A DNA stretch of 64,000 nt, taken from NCBI GenBank assembly GCA_963813135.1, contig CAWEXY010000011.1, positions 195,399-259,398 of the forward strand. Reading direction: 5' to 3'. Position numbers and translations under genes: made by a program. Source of the stretch: an uncultured Verrucomicrobiae bacterium. Its GTDB lineage: Bacteria; Chlamydiota; Chlamydiia; Chlamydiales; Rhabdochlamydiaceae. Positions 47,716-59,128 of this stretch are shown here, piece by piece. Numbering within the stretch: position 1 is the stretch's first letter; every line of letters starts with the position of its first letter. A model generated the notes under the pieces. The model saw only the letters and a program-made list of their open reading frames with translations. It was not told the origin of the DNA and did not search any database.

Positions 47716-49344
47716 ATGATCGAAAACTATGAAGAATTTTCCGAGAGCCAGCACAAAATACTGAACCGCTACGTGACAAGCACGTCGAGCAATGTTTTCG
47801 CATTGCGCAATCTTCCTGAAGTCATTAAAGGAGCGCTTTTTTCCCGCTATTCACGGTCGAGCCTCGGGCTGCGTTCGCTTTTGCTGAAAGAATTCATCAT
47901 GAGCGAAGAGACGGCCTTTTCTGCGATTTTGGGAGGGCAGGGGGAAGAAGTCGAAGATCAGGTCGTCGCGATAAAAAAGGCGCAAAATTTCTACGACCGC
48001 ATCTTGGATGGTTATGGCGACGATTCGATCGGCGAGCTGGGCGGCGCCCATTTGGCGCTTGAAAATATCTCCATGATCGCTGCCAAAGTCATCGAAGATT
48101 GCCGCATTGGTGGCTCTCCCTTAGAAAAATCGACCCGCTACATCTATTTTGATCAACAATACGAAGGAAAATATCTCTTCCAGAGAGAGCCGATCATCAT
48201 GACATCGGCTTTTCGCGACCTGTATTTAGACACATGCAATCAGCTTTTCCAAACATACTCTGAGCTCATTCCCGAACTCACCGAAATTATGGAAAAACGC
48301 GCCCCTAAAGAGCCGAGCGTATCGCCCACGGCCTATGCGGCGGCCCTTCGCGCCAAAGTCCTCGATTGCTTGCGCGGACTGCTTCCCGCCAGCTGCCTCA
48401 CGAATGTCGGCCTCTACGGCAATGGGCGCTTTTTTGAAACGCTCACACAAAAACTCCACTGCCATAGCTTATCAGAGCTCCAAGAGCTGGGACGCAAAGG
48501 ATATCAAGAGCTCAATAAGGTCATTCCCTCTTTTGTCCGCCGTGCCGAGCACGCGCATAAGCACCAAAAAAACTATTGCCGCTTCCTCGAGCAAATGCAA
48601 AGCGGCCTTAAAGGCTTGGCTGCGCGCCATGGAGACTTTTTGGAAAGAATGCAATCCCCCGCCGTCCGCCTCATTAGCTACGACCCCGATAGTCCTTATC
48701 GAGTAGCGGCTGCTCTTCTTTTCCCTTACACCCAATCAAGCCTTGTGGACCTGCAGCAGCAGATGCGCCTCCTCCCAGAATCCGAACTGGCAGAGATCCT
48801 CGATGCCGGCTGCCAATCGCGCGAAAATCGCAGGCACAAATCTCCCCGGGCCCTCGAACACGCGACCTTCACGTTTGAGATGCTGGCCGACTTTGGTATC
48901 TATCGCGATCTGCAGCGCCACCGGATGCTCACGCAAGAAAGACAGCCCCTCACCTGCAATTTTGGCTATTACACTCCCGATGAGATCGCCGGTACGCCGA
49001 TGGAGGGAAAATATGCCGCCGCCATGGATATGGCCAAAAACGCCTACGATAAAATGGCCCAAGAATTTCCTGAAGAAGCCCAATATGTGGTTCCGATGGC
49101 CTACAATATTCATTGGTATTTTCATATCAACCTTCGCGCCCTTCAGTGGCTGTGCGAGCTCCGTTCGTCTCCTGCGGGCCACCCGATGTATCGCTACGTG
49201 GCGCAAGAACTGGCCAAGCAAGTCGTCCAAGTCGTCCCTGCTTTCGAAAGGTTTTTTAAATTTGTCGATTTTGACGGCTACCATCTCGGACGCCTGGGCC
49301 AAGAGATCCGCACGCAAGAAAAAAGGCAAAGCGCCACTTTATGA
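47716..49344 (+). CDS. thyX: FAD-dependent thymidylate synthase, double-domain chlamydial type
   Basis: GALFSRYSRS, GYGDDSIGELG, EKSTRY, YRDLQRHR, ELRS. Confidence 0.9.
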   Translation: MIENYEEFSESQHKILNRYVTSTSSNVFALRNLPEVIKGALFSRYSRSSLGLRSLLLKEFIMSEETAFSAILGGQGEEVEDQVVAIKKAQNFYDRILDGYGDDSIGELGGAHLALENISMIAAKVIEDCRIGGSPLEKSTRYIYFDQQYEGKYLFQREPIIMTSAFRDLYLDTCNQLFQTYSELIPELTEIMEKRAPKEPSVSPTAYAAALRAKVLDCLRGLLPASCLTNVGLYGNGRFFETLTQKLHCHSLSELQELGRKGYQELNKVIPSFVRRAEHAHKHQKNYCRFLEQMQSGLKGLAARHGDFLERMQSPAVRLISYDPDSPYRVAAALLFPYTQSSLVDLQQQMRLLPESELAEILDAGCQSRENRRHKSPRALEHATFTFEMLADFGIYRDLQRHRMLTQERQPLTCNFGYYTPDEIAGTPMEGKYAAAMDMAKNAYDKMAQEFPEEAQYVVPMAYNIHWYFHINLRALQWLCELRSSPAGHPMYRYVAQELAKQVVQVVPAFERFFKFVDFDGYHLGRLGQEIRTQEKRQSATL

Positions 49345-50522
49345 GCGACAAACCTGGAAGCATCATTGGCGGCGTTCTTCTCGTCGCCGGAAGTTGTATC
49401 GGAGCGGGGATGCTCGCTCTTCCTCTTGTGACAGGCCTTTCGGGGTTTGCTCCCTCTTTGTTCATGATACTCCTCGTATGGGCCTTCATGACTGCCACCG
49501 GCCTCCTCCTCGTTGAAATTAACAGCTGGTTTACGCAAAGGGCCAATATCATCTCTATGGCCGAAAAAACGCTGGGCCCCATAGGGAAAGCTCTCGGATG
49601 GGTCCTTTATCTATTCCTCTTCTACTCCCTTCTCGTCGCCTATATTACAGGCAGCGGCAGCCTCGCTTCTACCTATTCGATCCCTTCCTGGCTCGGCAGC
49701 CTCTTTTTTGCCGGCCTCTTTGGAGCGGTCGCTTATCAAGGAACGCACACGGTCGACCGATGGAACCGCGTTCTCATGGCAGGAAAAATTTTAACCTATC
49801 TGGGCATGGTGATGCTCGGCATGCACTATGTCCAGCCGCAGCTCTTAACGCGCGTGGCCCCTTCTTACGCGCTGATTTCCCTTCCCGTGCTCATTGTCTC
49901 GTTCGGATATCACAACATGATCCCTACCCTCATGACATATATGAAGGGCGATACCAAACGCGTGCGCACCACAATTTGGGCCGGCAGTTTCTTCGCTATC
50001 ATCGTTTATGTCATTTGGAATATTATCGTTCTCGGCATCGTTCCCCCCGAAGGCACGTGGGGCCTATTCGAGAGTTGGAAAGCCGGCCGGCAAGCCTCCG
50101 ACTCCGTAGCGGGGATCGTTGGAATTTCTTGGATCAGCACCTTTGCCGAGGGGCTCGCCTTTTTTGCCCTTCTCTCCTCTTTCATGGCCCAGACGCTGGC
50201 CCTCATCCACTTTCTTGCCGACGGCCTCAAAATTAAAAGCGAAAAGCACGAGACGGTCTTCCTCTGCTTCCTTGCGCTGGCCCCGCCCCTTATCATAGCG
50301 CTCATCTATCCCCAGCTTTTCTTAGCAGCCCTTGGTTTTGCCGGCGGTTTTTGCGCCGTCATTCTCTTTGGCATTCTCCCCGTGCTCATGGCGTGGATCG
50401 GTAGGTACCGCCAAAAGATCGCCTCGCCTTATCAGGTCAAAGGCGGCAAACCTTTCCTCGTCGGCCTCTTTCTTTTCGCGCTCTTCATCGTTGGCCTCCA
50501 ACTTTCCATCATGTTTAAATAA
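49341..50522 (+). CDS. tyrP: Aromatic amino acid permease (HAAAP; TyrP/Mtr-like)
   Basis: LLVAGSCIGAGMLALP, LFYSLLVAY, SFGYHNMIP; about 11 TM segments. Confidence 0.85.
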   Translation: MSDKPGSIIGGVLLVAGSCIGAGMLALPLVTGLSGFAPSLFMILLVWAFMTATGLLLVEINSWFTQRANIISMAEKTLGPIGKALGWVLYLFLFYSLLVAYITGSGSLASTYSIPSWLGSLFFAGLFGAVAYQGTHTVDRWNRVLMAGKILTYLGMVMLGMHYVQPQLLTRVAPSYALISLPVLIVSFGYHNMIPTLMTYMKGDTKRVRTTIWAGSFFAIIVYVIWNIIVLGIVPPEGTWGLFESWKAGRQASDSVAGIVGISWISTFAEGLAFFALLSSFMAQTLALIHFLADGLKIKSEKHETVFLCFLALAPPLIIALIYPQLFLAALGFAGGFCAVILFGILPVLMAWIGRYRQKIASPYQVKGGKPFLVGLFLFALFIVGLQLSIMFK

Positions 50523-50548
50523 AAATGCAGGACCCTGCAGAAGTTATT

Positions 50549-50674
50549 TAAGACCTTGATTATCAATGGTTAACAGAATCCAGAGCGAGATTATTTTACG
50601 CCATAAATATGCAAATGCGTATTTGTGGCCGTTTTTTTGCACCCATCAAAAGTGGCCGTAAATGTGCATTTGCA
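50549..50674. promoter_or_regulatory. IHF site plus imperfect palindrome array downstream of the ATPase gene
   Basis: AATCAAGGTCTTA (minus, 50549-50561); GCCATAAATATGCA-AA-TGCGTATTTGTGGC (50600-50629) and a third half-copy at about 50653-50674. Confidence 0.5.
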
Positions 50675-50756
50675 TCGTAGCAGCTCTTGATTTTGCTGGC
50701 GGTTTTTGCGTCGTCATCTCTCACTCACAATGATGTTTACATAATTAAGCTAGAGA

Positions 50757-52253
50757 TTAGTCTATTGCTTCGAACAGATCATCTAAGGTTGCTTGCTGCG
50801 TTATAATTTCCTCCGAATACATGGTAGGACTTAGTCCGAAGGTGGTTATCATCGCGAGAAACAATTGCTTCTCGGTTCTTGTCTGCTTTCGAAAGACCTC
50901 CATTTTTTTTAATAGCACCTGAGCGTAAGTTTTATCGATAACAAAAGGGCTATTGGAACATTTGATTTCACAGATTGTTATCGTATCGTCAGGACGATCG
51001 AAAAGAAGATCAATTTGAGTTCCTTCTTCATCAAGTTTTCTGGGGATATGGCGCCATGTACCAGCAATAGAACCAGGGTCAATTCGCAATGCATGACTAA
51101 TTTGAGAGATGTGTTTATAGCATATTGATTCGAAGGCATATCCAATCCATGATTTCCATTTTGGGCGTTGAGATAGAGATACCCAAAAACCCTTGTGGGT
51201 CGCTTTTTTTGTAATAGTTTTCATGTTGGGTTCGATCCAATACAAATAGAATAGGCTATATTCATCATCTATCAGGTAGTATAGCCCTTTATCTTTGTGG
51301 CCGTAAGGAACAAGACTGGTTATAAATCCCGCCTCTTCCAGTTGATTCAGTCGTTTGACTGTATATCCTCCGTCCGGCAACTTGGATTTGCCTATTAATT
51401 CGGCTTGTCCTATTCCATAACGGTGCTTAGCAATGATCCTTATCAAATCAGTATAAGGCTTTGGATCTTCGAATAATGAAGCAAAAAGTCGTTTAAATTC
51501 TTTGACCAAAGCTCCGTTCTGCTGAAAACATATTTCATCAATACACTGAGATGCGGACATTCCTTTTTTTACATAAGACCAATAAAGTGGAATCCCACCC
51601 AAAACACTATAGAGATCAAGAATTTGTTTGCGTTCAAGAGAGATATGGTGTTCTTTTAAAAAAACTTCAGTTTCGTGGAGAGAAAAAGGTGGTAACTGTA
51701 TTGTACGAGTTACGCGATTATGTAGTCCTCCTCTATCATTGATTATATTATCAATAATCCAAGAAGTCGCTGATCCGCAAATAATTAATTTGAGCCTATA
51801 ATCAAACACCCAATAGCGATTCCAATAGAAATCTAAAGCCTGCAATAGTTTGGATCGAGGACTATCCATCCATGGAAGTTCATCAAAAAAAAGTACGACT
51901 TTTTGATTTTTTGGTATTTTCTCGATGGCTTTAGTAAGATCTTCAAAGGTATCTTTCCAACGAGTTCTAGGTATGATAGGAGCTCCCGAATAAAAAGTTT
52001 GACCGATCTGCTTGGTAAACTCTTCTCTCTGCTCCTGAGCGGCTCCATCCTTAATCCCTGTAACATGGAAAAATACGCAGGAGAAAGAATTCACGAAATT
52101 TTTTACAAGATAGGTTTTGCCTACCCTGCGACGCCCATAGATCGCAATAAATTCCGATTTATTAGAACTCAAATGATCTTTCAGAATACGTTTTTCTGTT
52201 GAACGCCCTATAATTTTCCCGAACCCGGCATTTTCTATGTCTTCTTTTCCCAT
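50757..52253 (-). CDS. Archaeal-type AAA ATPase with wHTH and PD-(D/E)XK-like C-terminus
   Basis: IIGR..E, YGRRRVGKT, FFDELPW, CGSATSW, GGIP, GYAFE, QIDLLFDR..TICEIK. Confidence 0.88.
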   Translation of the reverse strand: MGKEDIENAGFGKIIGRSTEKRILKDHLSSNKSEFIAIYGRRRVGKTYLVKNFVNSFSCVFFHVTGIKDGAAQEQREEFTKQIGQTFYSGAPIIPRTRWKDTFEDLTKAIEKIPKNQKVVLFFDELPWMDSPRSKLLQALDFYWNRYWVFDYRLKLIICGSATSWIIDNIINDRGGLHNRVTRTIQLPPFSLHETEVFLKEHHISLERKQILDLYSVLGGIPLYWSYVKKGMSASQCIDEICFQQNGALVKEFKRLFASLFEDPKPYTDLIRIIAKHRYGIGQAELIGKSKLPDGGYTVKRLNQLEEAGFITSLVPYGHKDKGLYYLIDDEYSLFYLYWIEPNMKTITKKATHKGFWVSLSQRPKWKSWIGYAFESICYKHISQISHALRIDPGSIAGTWRHIPRKLDEEGTQIDLLFDRPDDTITICEIKCSNSPFVIDKTYAQVLLKKMEVFRKQTRTEKQLFLAMITTFGLSPTMYSEEIITQQATLDDLFEAID

Positions 52254-52279
52254 GCTTTTTCCTGCTGTTTCTTATTGAT

Positions 52280-52402
52280 TATCAATATGTTATGGTTTTC
52301 GTGGCGCATCCGCGGCGTTTATACATTGGAAACGCAGCGGATTAAACACATTTCCGCTGACGCATCCGCGGTGTTTATTATATGTAAACGCCGCGGATGC
52401 GC
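52280..52402. promoter_or_regulatory. IHF site plus four-copy inverted operator-like array upstream of the ATPase gene
   Basis: TATCAATATGTTA (52280-52292); CGCATCCGCGGYGTTT forward at 52305 and 52361, reverse at about 52330 (partial) and 52386. Confidence 0.65.
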
Positions 52403-52493
52403 ACAAGGTCTTTTTTATGCCCTTCTGATTGTCGCACAGCTTGTGCGACTTCTTGTCCCTTGAATCAAGAGCCGCATGACGATAAAATGATCA

Positions 52494-54479
52494 ATGATGT
52501 TTGAGCTTAAAACAGATTTTACTCCCCGCGGCGACCAACCCCAGGCCATCGATCGTTTGGTAGAGGGATTGCAGCGCCAAAAAAGGGCCCAAGTTCTTCT
52601 CGGCATCACCGGCTCGGGAAAAACCTTTACCATGGCCAGCGTCATCCAGCGCGTGCAGCGCCCCGCCCTCGTCATCGCCCACAATAAAACTCTCGCTGCC
52701 CAGCTCTACCAAGAGTTCAAATCTTTTTTCCCCAACAACGCCGTCGAATATTTTGTTTCCTATTACGATTACTACCAGCCCGAAGCCTATATCGCACGCA
52801 CCGACACCTACATCGAAAAAGACATGGCCATCAACGATCAGATCGACCGCATGCGTCTTTCTGCCACACGCTCTCTCATCGAACGAGAAGACGTCATCAT
52901 CATCGCCTCTGTTTCCTGCATCTACGGCCTCGGCCTTCCTGAGTACTACAGCAAGATGCAGCTCGTCATTGCCCAAGATGAAAAGCGCCGGCGCGACGAC
53001 GTGCTCATCCACCTCGTCGAGATGCACTACAAGCGCAATGATTTTGAGCTCTCCCGCGGTACGTTCCGCGCCCGCGGCGATGTCCTCGAAGTCATGCCCG
53101 CCTATGAGCAGGACATCGCCTACCGCATCGAATTTTTCGGCGACGACATCGAGCGCATCAGCTCGATCGACCCTCTCACCGGCAAGGTCAAAGACCGCCT
53201 CAATAAAATCTCCATCTTTCCCGGATCGCACCACGTCACCCCTGAAGAAGTCCGCTTCCACGCTATCGAGACCATCCAAGCAGAACTTGTCGAGCGCGCT
53301 GCCTTTTTTGAGAAAGAAAACCGCCTCTTGGAGCGTCAAAGAATCCTCGAGCGCACGAAATACGACCTCGAAATGCTCCGCGAGATCGGCACCTGCAAAG
53401 GCGTTGAAAACTATTCCCGCCACTTCAGCGGCCGCAGCCCGGGCGAACCTCCACCCTGCCTCCTCGACTATTTCCCTCGCAACTTCCTCCTCTTCATCGA
53501 TGAGTCGCACCAAACCCTTCCCCAAATTCATGCCATGTTCAACGGCGACCGCGCCCGCAAAAATGCCCTTGTCGAATTTGGTTTCCGCCTCCCTTCCGCC
53601 TACGACAACCGCCCCCTCAAATTTGAAGAGTTTTATAAACGCCTGAATCATGCGATCTATGTCTCCGCCACACCCGGCACTTTTGAGATCCAAGATGCCC
53701 AAGGCGACGTTGTCCAGCAGATCATCCGCCCCACGGGCCTTCTCGACCCCATCATTGAAGTCCGCCCCGCGACCAACCAGGTCGACGACGTCCTCGAAGA
53801 GATCCGCAAAACCCTCGCAAAGAAGCACCGTGTCCTCGTCACCACCCTCACCAAAAAACTCTCCGAAGACCTCACGAAATATCTCACCGAGATCAACATC
53901 AAGGCCCGCTACCTCCACTCCGATATCGAAACGCTCGAGCGCGTCCAAATCATCAACGAACTGCGCCGCGGCACCATTGACGTTCTCGTCGGCATCAACC
54001 TCCTCCGCGAAGGCCTCGATATCCCTGAAGTCGCCCTGGTCGCCATCCTCGATGCCGATAAAGAAGGGTTTCTCCGCAGTGAAACCGCCCTTATCCAGAC
54101 CTGCGGCCGCGCCTCTCGTAACTCTGAGGGCCGCGTCGTCATGTATGCCGATAAAATCACGAAGTCGATCCAAGCCGCTCTTACGATCACCCGCGACCGC
54201 CGCGCTGTCCAAGAAGCCTTTAATCAGCAGCACGGCATCACTCCCAAAACTGTCCGCCGCGCTGTCATCGAAGACTTGGCGGAGACCTTTGGCGAAGTGG
54301 TTGAGACCCTCAAGGAAGAAGGGGAGAAAATTTCTCACCTCACCTCGGAGGACATCGACAAGAAAATTTCTGAATATGATCTCGAGATGCGCCGCGCTTC
54401 CAAAGAATTAAGGTTTGAGGATGCCGCCCATTTCCGAGACCTCATGCGCCACTATCAAGAGCTGCAATTATTAGAATAG
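52494..54479 (+). CDS. uvrB: Excinuclease ABC subunit B
   Basis: [47 protein letters not shown]. Confidence 0.98.
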   Translation: MMFELKTDFTPRGDQPQAIDRLVEGLQRQKRAQVLLGITGSGKTFTMASVIQRVQRPALVIAHNKTLAAQLYQEFKSFFPNNAVEYFVSYYDYYQPEAYIARTDTYIEKDMAINDQIDRMRLSATRSLIEREDVIIIASVSCIYGLGLPEYYSKMQLVIAQDEKRRRDDVLIHLVEMHYKRNDFELSRGTFRARGDVLEVMPAYEQDIAYRIEFFGDDIERISSIDPLTGKVKDRLNKISIFPGSHHVTPEEVRFHAIETIQAELVERAAFFEKENRLLERQRILERTKYDLEMLREIGTCKGVENYSRHFSGRSPGEPPPCLLDYFPRNFLLFIDESHQTLPQIHAMFNGDRARKNALVEFGFRLPSAYDNRPLKFEEFYKRLNHAIYVSATPGTFEIQDAQGDVVQQIIRPTGLLDPIIEVRPATNQVDDVLEEIRKTLAKKHRVLVTTLTKKLSEDLTKYLTEINIKARYLHSDIETLERVQIINELRRGTIDVLVGINLLREGLDIPEVALVAILDADKEGFLRSETALIQTCGRASRNSEGRVVMYADKITKSIQAALTITRDRRAVQEAFNQQHGITPKTVRRAVIEDLAETFGEVVETLKEEGEKISHLTSEDIDKKISEYDLEMRRASKELRFEDAAHFRDLMRHYQELQLLE

Positions 54480-54536
54480 GTCGACTAAAATAGACAAAAT
54501 CTTCTACACTTCGCAGATGATATACATGGAGAAAAA

Positions 54537-55568
54537 ATGAAAAGAAGAGCTCTAATTACAGGAATTACTGGACAAGATGGATCTTATCTAGCTGAACTAT
54601 TGCTTGAAAAAGGATACGAGGTCCATGGCCTCGTTAGACGCTCTTCGGGATCTAATTATCAAAGAATCCAGCACCTTCTAGAGAAGATACACCTGCATCA
54701 AGGCGATTTAATGGATTCATTTAGCCTGCAGCGGATTTTGCAGATATCGATGCCTGCTGAAATTTATAATCTCGCTGCCATGAGCCACGTTAAAATTTCT
54801 TTCGAAATCCCTGAATATACGGCCGATACAGATGGCGTCGGCGTCTTAAGGCTGCTCGAAGCCATGCGCGCAGTCTGTCCTTCGGCCAGATTATATCAAG
54901 CTTCTACGTCCGAACTTTACGGCAAAGTCGTCGAGACCCCCCAAACAGAAAAAACTCCTTTCTACCCCCGTTCGCCTTATGGAGTTGCCAAGCTATTTGC
55001 CTATTGGTCTGTCGTTAATTATCGAGAAGCTTATAACCTCTTCGCTTGTAATGGTATTTTATTTAATCATGAAAGCCCGCGCCGCGGAGAGAATTTTGTC
55101 TCCCGCAAGATCACTCAAGGTGTGGCGCGCATTAAAAATGGCCTGCAGCAGAAGCTCATCATGGGTAATCTTGATGCTCAGCGCGACTGGGGCTACGCAG
55201 CCGATTTTGTCGAAGGAATGTGGAGAATGCTGCAGCAAGACAAGCCCCAAGACTTTGTTCTTGCAACAGGCAAAACAACGACTGTCCGCCAGTTTGCCGA
55301 ATGGGCATTTGCGGCGGCCGGCATTCAGTTAGTATGGAAGGGCAAGGAGCTCGAAGAAAAAGGAATAGATGCTTCCACGGGAGAAGTTCTTGTTGAGGTA
55401 TCGCCTGAATTTTTCCGGCCTGCCGAAGTCGACCTATTGTTAGGAGACGCTTCCAAAGCCCAGGCCGAACTGGGTTGGACTCCAACGACATCGGTCGAAG
55501 ATCTCGTGGGGCTTATGGTTAAGAACGATCTAGAGATGATAGAGCGAGTGCCTGTCGAGGCTTTTTAA
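54537..55568 (+). CDS. gmd: GDP-mannose 4,6-dehydratase
   Basis: [45 protein letters not shown]. Confidence 0.97.
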   Translation: MKRRALITGITGQDGSYLAELLLEKGYEVHGLVRRSSGSNYQRIQHLLEKIHLHQGDLMDSFSLQRILQISMPAEIYNLAAMSHVKISFEIPEYTADTDGVGVLRLLEAMRAVCPSARLYQASTSELYGKVVETPQTEKTPFYPRSPYGVAKLFAYWSVVNYREAYNLFACNGILFNHESPRRGENFVSRKITQGVARIKNGLQQKLIMGNLDAQRDWGYAADFVEGMWRMLQQDKPQDFVLATGKTTTVRQFAEWAFAAAGIQLVWKGKELEEKGIDASTGEVLVEVSPEFFRPAEVDLLLGDASKAQAELGWTPTTSVEDLVGLMVKNDLEMIERVPVEAF

Positions 55569-55570
55569 GG

Positions 55571-56632
55571 GTGAAAAAAGAAATTTGCGTCGATGCGCGC
55601 ATGGCATGCCATTCGGGCATCGGCACCTATATCAGGTCCCTCCTGCCGCGGCTAGCGGCTTCTTCGCACCGCTTTCGGCTGCTTATTCATCCCGATACTC
55701 TGGGCCAATGCCCTGAACTTGCTTCCTTCGATACCATTTTAACGAAAGCGCCGCTCTTTTCGATTCAAGAACAAATGATGCTTCCGCTGCACATTCCTCG
55801 CTGCGATCTATTTTGGAGCCCGCATTTCAACATCCCCATCGGCCCCATTCGCGCGCGAAAACGGCTCGTTACAATCCATGACGTTTATTTTCTGGCCCAT
55901 CCGCAGGAGTTTCCTCTGTATAAGAGAGCTTATGCGGCCTATTTTATCCCTGCAGCCTTGCGGCGGTCGGACCGCGTCATCACCGAGTCGACTTTTTCGT
56001 TCCAAGAAATTCTTAAACATGCCGGGCCCTACGCGCACAAAATGACCATGATCCACCTCGGCGTCGATCCTGATAAATATAAAAACACCTCCGTTGTTGA
56101 TTTGCCGCAGATTCCTGAAAAATTCCTACTATATGTAGGAAATTTAGCTCCGCGAAAGAATATCTGCGGCCTGCTCCAAGCCCTCGATTTTTTGCCGGCC
56201 GACGTTCATCTAGTTCTCGTAGGAAAAGGCGATAAGTGGGATGATTGGAAGCTCGAAGCGGCAAAACGCAAGGAGAAAGTTTCAGTGCTGGGCCAAGTCA
56301 GTCATGATGCACTCGCGCAGCTTTATCGCCGGGCGGCTCTTCTCGTCCATCCTTCCCAATATGAAGGATTTGGGCTCACTCCTTTAGAAGCGATGAGCGC
56401 TGATTGTCCGACGGTCGTCTCCGATGCGGCGAGCCTTCCCGAAGTATGCGGCGACGCTTCTGTTTACGTCGATCCGAGCGACCCTGCGAGCATCGCTCGA
56501 GGCATTAATGCCGTCTGGTCCGATCCTGAGCTGCAAGGGACGCTGCGAGCGAAAGGAAGAAAACGTGTTGAGATCTTTAATTGGGATATTTCGGCTCAAA
56601 AACATCTCGAAGTTATAGAGAAACTTTTGTGA
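55571..56632 (+). CDS. Glycosyltransferase family 4
   Basis: GIGTY, VTIHD, PRKN, PSQYEGFGLTPLEAM. Confidence 0.9.
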   Translation: MKKEICVDARMACHSGIGTYIRSLLPRLAASSHRFRLLIHPDTLGQCPELASFDTILTKAPLFSIQEQMMLPLHIPRCDLFWSPHFNIPIGPIRARKRLVTIHDVYFLAHPQEFPLYKRAYAAYFIPAALRRSDRVITESTFSFQEILKHAGPYAHKMTMIHLGVDPDKYKNTSVVDLPQIPEKFLLYVGNLAPRKNICGLLQALDFLPADVHLVLVGKGDKWDDWKLEAAKRKEKVSVLGQVSHDALAQLYRRAALLVHPSQYEGFGLTPLEAMSADCPTVVSDAASLPEVCGDASVYVDPSDPASIARGINAVWSDPELQGTLRAKGRKRVEIFNWDISAQKHLEVIEKLL

Positions 56633-57744
56633 AAACGGCAATTATTCATGATTGGCTGACTTCGATCGGGGGCGCCGAAAAAGTTCTGCAAGCCATCGCT
56701 GCGATTTTTCCTTCTCCTATTTTTACTCTTATAAAAAATCGTGTGACGGTAGAAAGCCTATTGGGAAAAAATGCCGTCGTCGAAACCTCCTTCATCCAAA
56801 ACATCCCTTTTTCGCAAAAATTTTACCGCAATCTTCTCCCTTTTTTCTCCTATGCGATCGAGCAATTTGAACTAAAAGAATACGATCTCGTCCTTTCTAG
56901 TTCTCATGCCGTGGCCAAAGGCATATTGACACATGCCGACCAATTGCATATTTGTTATTGCCATTCTCCTATGCGGTACGCCTGGGACCTGCACCATCAA
57001 TATATGCGCGAACTTGGAAATTTTTCGGGGTTCTTGGCCAAAAGGATTTTATATAAAATAAGGCAATGGGATGTTGCCAGCGTCCCAAGAGTCGATCATT
57101 TCATCGCCAATTCTCATCATGTGGCGCGGCGCATCCGGAGAAATTATGGAAGGGAGGCCGTCGTCATTTATCCTCCTGTCGCGACCCATCTATTTCCCTT
57201 GGAATCGAAAAAAGAGGAATTTTATTTAGCGGCGTCCCGCCTGGTGCCCTATAAAAGAATGGACCTCATCGTCGAAGCGTTTTCCCGGCTTCCCGAGCGC
57301 CGATTATTGCTCATTGGAGATGGTCCGGAAATGGACAGGATCAAAAAAAGGGCCGCCTCCAACGTCGAAATTTTAGGACATGTGTCCGATGAGGAAATGA
57401 GAAGCTATATGAGCCGCGCCAAAGCCCTCGTCTTTGCCGCCGAAGAAGACTTCGGCATCGTTCCCGTCGAAGCGCAGGCCGCAGGCACGCCCGTCATTGC
57501 TTATGGAAAAGGAGGCGCTCTTGAAACCGTGATCGAAAATGAGACGGGGATCTTCTTCGATGAACAAACTCCCGAAGCGATTTTGGCGGCCGTCCAACGT
57601 TTTGAAAACATTGAATTCGATCCTGCGCGCATCCAAAAAAATGCAGAAAAATATAGCCTGGATCGATTTAATAGGGAGTTTGAGTCTTTCGTAAAAAGTA
57701 AATGGGAGGAATTTAATGAAAATCGTCATATTAGCCGGCGGTAA
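56629..57744 (+). CDS. Glycosyltransferase family 4 (WbaZ-like)
   Basis: IIHDWLT..GGAEKVL, HICYCHSPMRYAW, EEDFGIVPVEAQAAGTPVIAY; GTG start overlaps the previous stop. Confidence 0.9.
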   Translation: MKTAIIHDWLTSIGGAEKVLQAIAAIFPSPIFTLIKNRVTVESLLGKNAVVETSFIQNIPFSQKFYRNLLPFFSYAIEQFELKEYDLVLSSSHAVAKGILTHADQLHICYCHSPMRYAWDLHHQYMRELGNFSGFLAKRILYKIRQWDVASVPRVDHFIANSHHVARRIRRNYGREAVVIYPPVATHLFPLESKKEEFYLAASRLVPYKRMDLIVEAFSRLPERRLLLIGDGPEMDRIKKRAASNVEILGHVSDEEMRSYMSRAKALVFAAEEDFGIVPVEAQAAGTPVIAYGKGGALETVIENETGIFFDEQTPEAILAAVQRFENIEFDPARIQKNAEKYSLDRFNREFESFVKSKWEEFNENRHISRR

Positions 57745-59128
57745 AGGAACCCGCCTGTGGCCCATGTCCCGAGCTGCCTTCCCCAAGCAATTTTTAAAAA
57801 TTGGAGACGAGCTCTCTTTATTGCAACGCACCGTTTGCAGATTCTTGCCGCTGGCCTCGACCAAGTCCATGACCATCGTCACAAGCAGCGATTATCAACA
57901 CCTTGTGCTCAGCCAGCTCCAAGAGATCGAGGGCGGCTATCAGGGGAATATTCTGATTGAACCATGCCAGCGCGGCACCGCGCCGGCTATTGCGTTGGCT
58001 GTTAAGTATTTGCAAGATATTGAACAACTCGAAGAGGGCGAAGCCATCTTGGTCGTTTCTTCCGACAATTGGATTTCTCCCGAAGCTAAATTTTTAGAGG
58101 CCGTCGAAACCGCAGAAAAAGCGGTAAAAAAAGGACAGATCGTCGTCTTTGGCGTCCAGCCGACTAAACCCGAGACCGGATATGGATATATCCGCGTTAA
58201 TAAAGACGAAAAAACAGAGGTGAAGACTGTTCTGTCATTCATTGAAAAACCCGGCCTTGCAAAAGCCGAAGAATATGCCGGAGATGGAGGATATCTATGG
58301 AATTGCGGGATTTTCGCCTTCACATCCGCAAGATTGTGGAACGAGCTCCAAATACAAGCGCCGGATATTTTCTCCCAGTGCAATGCCTCTTTAAGCGCTC
58401 TCAAGGAATCGTTCGCCTCCATTCCTCATATTTCCTTCGATTACGCTGTTATGGAAAAAGCGCAAAATGTCTCCGTTGTTCCTCTTCAACTGACCTGGTC
58501 CGATGTCGGCTCTTGGGATAGCCTCTATGAAGTACTGGAGAAGGATGAAAATCAAAACGCCAAAATCGGCAATATCGTCGATATGGGCACCACCAATTGT
58601 TTGATCGTTGGAGGCAAACGATTGATTTCGACGATAGGGCTTGACGACCTGCACATCGTAGAGACAGAGGATGCGCTGTTCATCGGTAAAAAGGGCGAGT
58701 CCCAGCAAGTGAAAGCCCTTGTAGACGAGCTCACCAAAAAGGGAATGAAACAGGCTGTCGAGCATCGCACGACGTATCGGCCTTGGGGATCTTATACGGT
58801 GTTGGAAGAGGGCGAAAGGTTCAAGGTGAAACGGATCCGTGTCGAGCCGCACCAAAAATTGAGCCTCCAATTCCACTATCACCGCAGCGAACACTGGGTT
58901 GTGGTCAAGGGAACCGCGCGCGTCCGCATCGGCGAGAAAGAGCATTACCTCCATGAGAATGAAAGTATTTACGTTCCTAAATCGACCGTGCACCGATTGG
59001 AAAATCCCGGAAAAGTGCCGCTCGAAATGATGGAAGTGCAAGTAGGGGAATATGTCGGCGAAGACGATATCGTACGGCTCGAAGATGTCTACGGACGAGT
59101 CCAAGAGCAATCTACTACGACGGCTTGA
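57716..59128 (+). CDS. manC: Mannose-1-phosphate guanylyltransferase / mannose-6-phosphate isomerase
   Basis: ILAGGKGTRLWPMSR..PKQF, PETGYGYI, WSDVGSW, RPWG, LSLQFHYHRSEHW. Confidence 0.95.
   Translation: MKIVILAGGKGTRLWPMSRAAFPKQFLKIGDELSLLQRTVCRFLPLASTKSMTIVTSSDYQHLVLSQLQEIEGGYQGNILIEPCQRGTAPAIALAVKYLQDIEQLEEGEAILVVSSDNWISPEAKFLEAVETAEKAVKKGQIVVFGVQPTKPETGYGYIRVNKDEKTEVKTVLSFIEKPGLAKAEEYAGDGGYLWNCGIFAFTSARLWNELQIQAPDIFSQCNASLSALKESFASIPHISFDYAVMEKAQNVSVVPLQLTWSDVGSWDSLYEVLEKDENQNAKIGNIVDMGTTNCLIVGGKRLISTIGLDDLHIVETEDALFIGKKGESQQVKALVDELTKKGMKQAVEHRTTYRPWGSYTVLEEGERFKVKRIRVEPHQKLSLQFHYHRSEHWVVVKGTARVRIGEKEHYLHENESIYVPKSTVHRLENPGKVPLEMMEVQVGEYVGEDDIVRLEDVYGRVQEQSTTTA

Noticed and set aside
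52491..54338. 615-aa antisense ORF and long alternative-frame ORFs over uvrB
   Set aside because: Shadow ORFs caused by strong C-ending codon bias in uvrB; no recognisable motifs.
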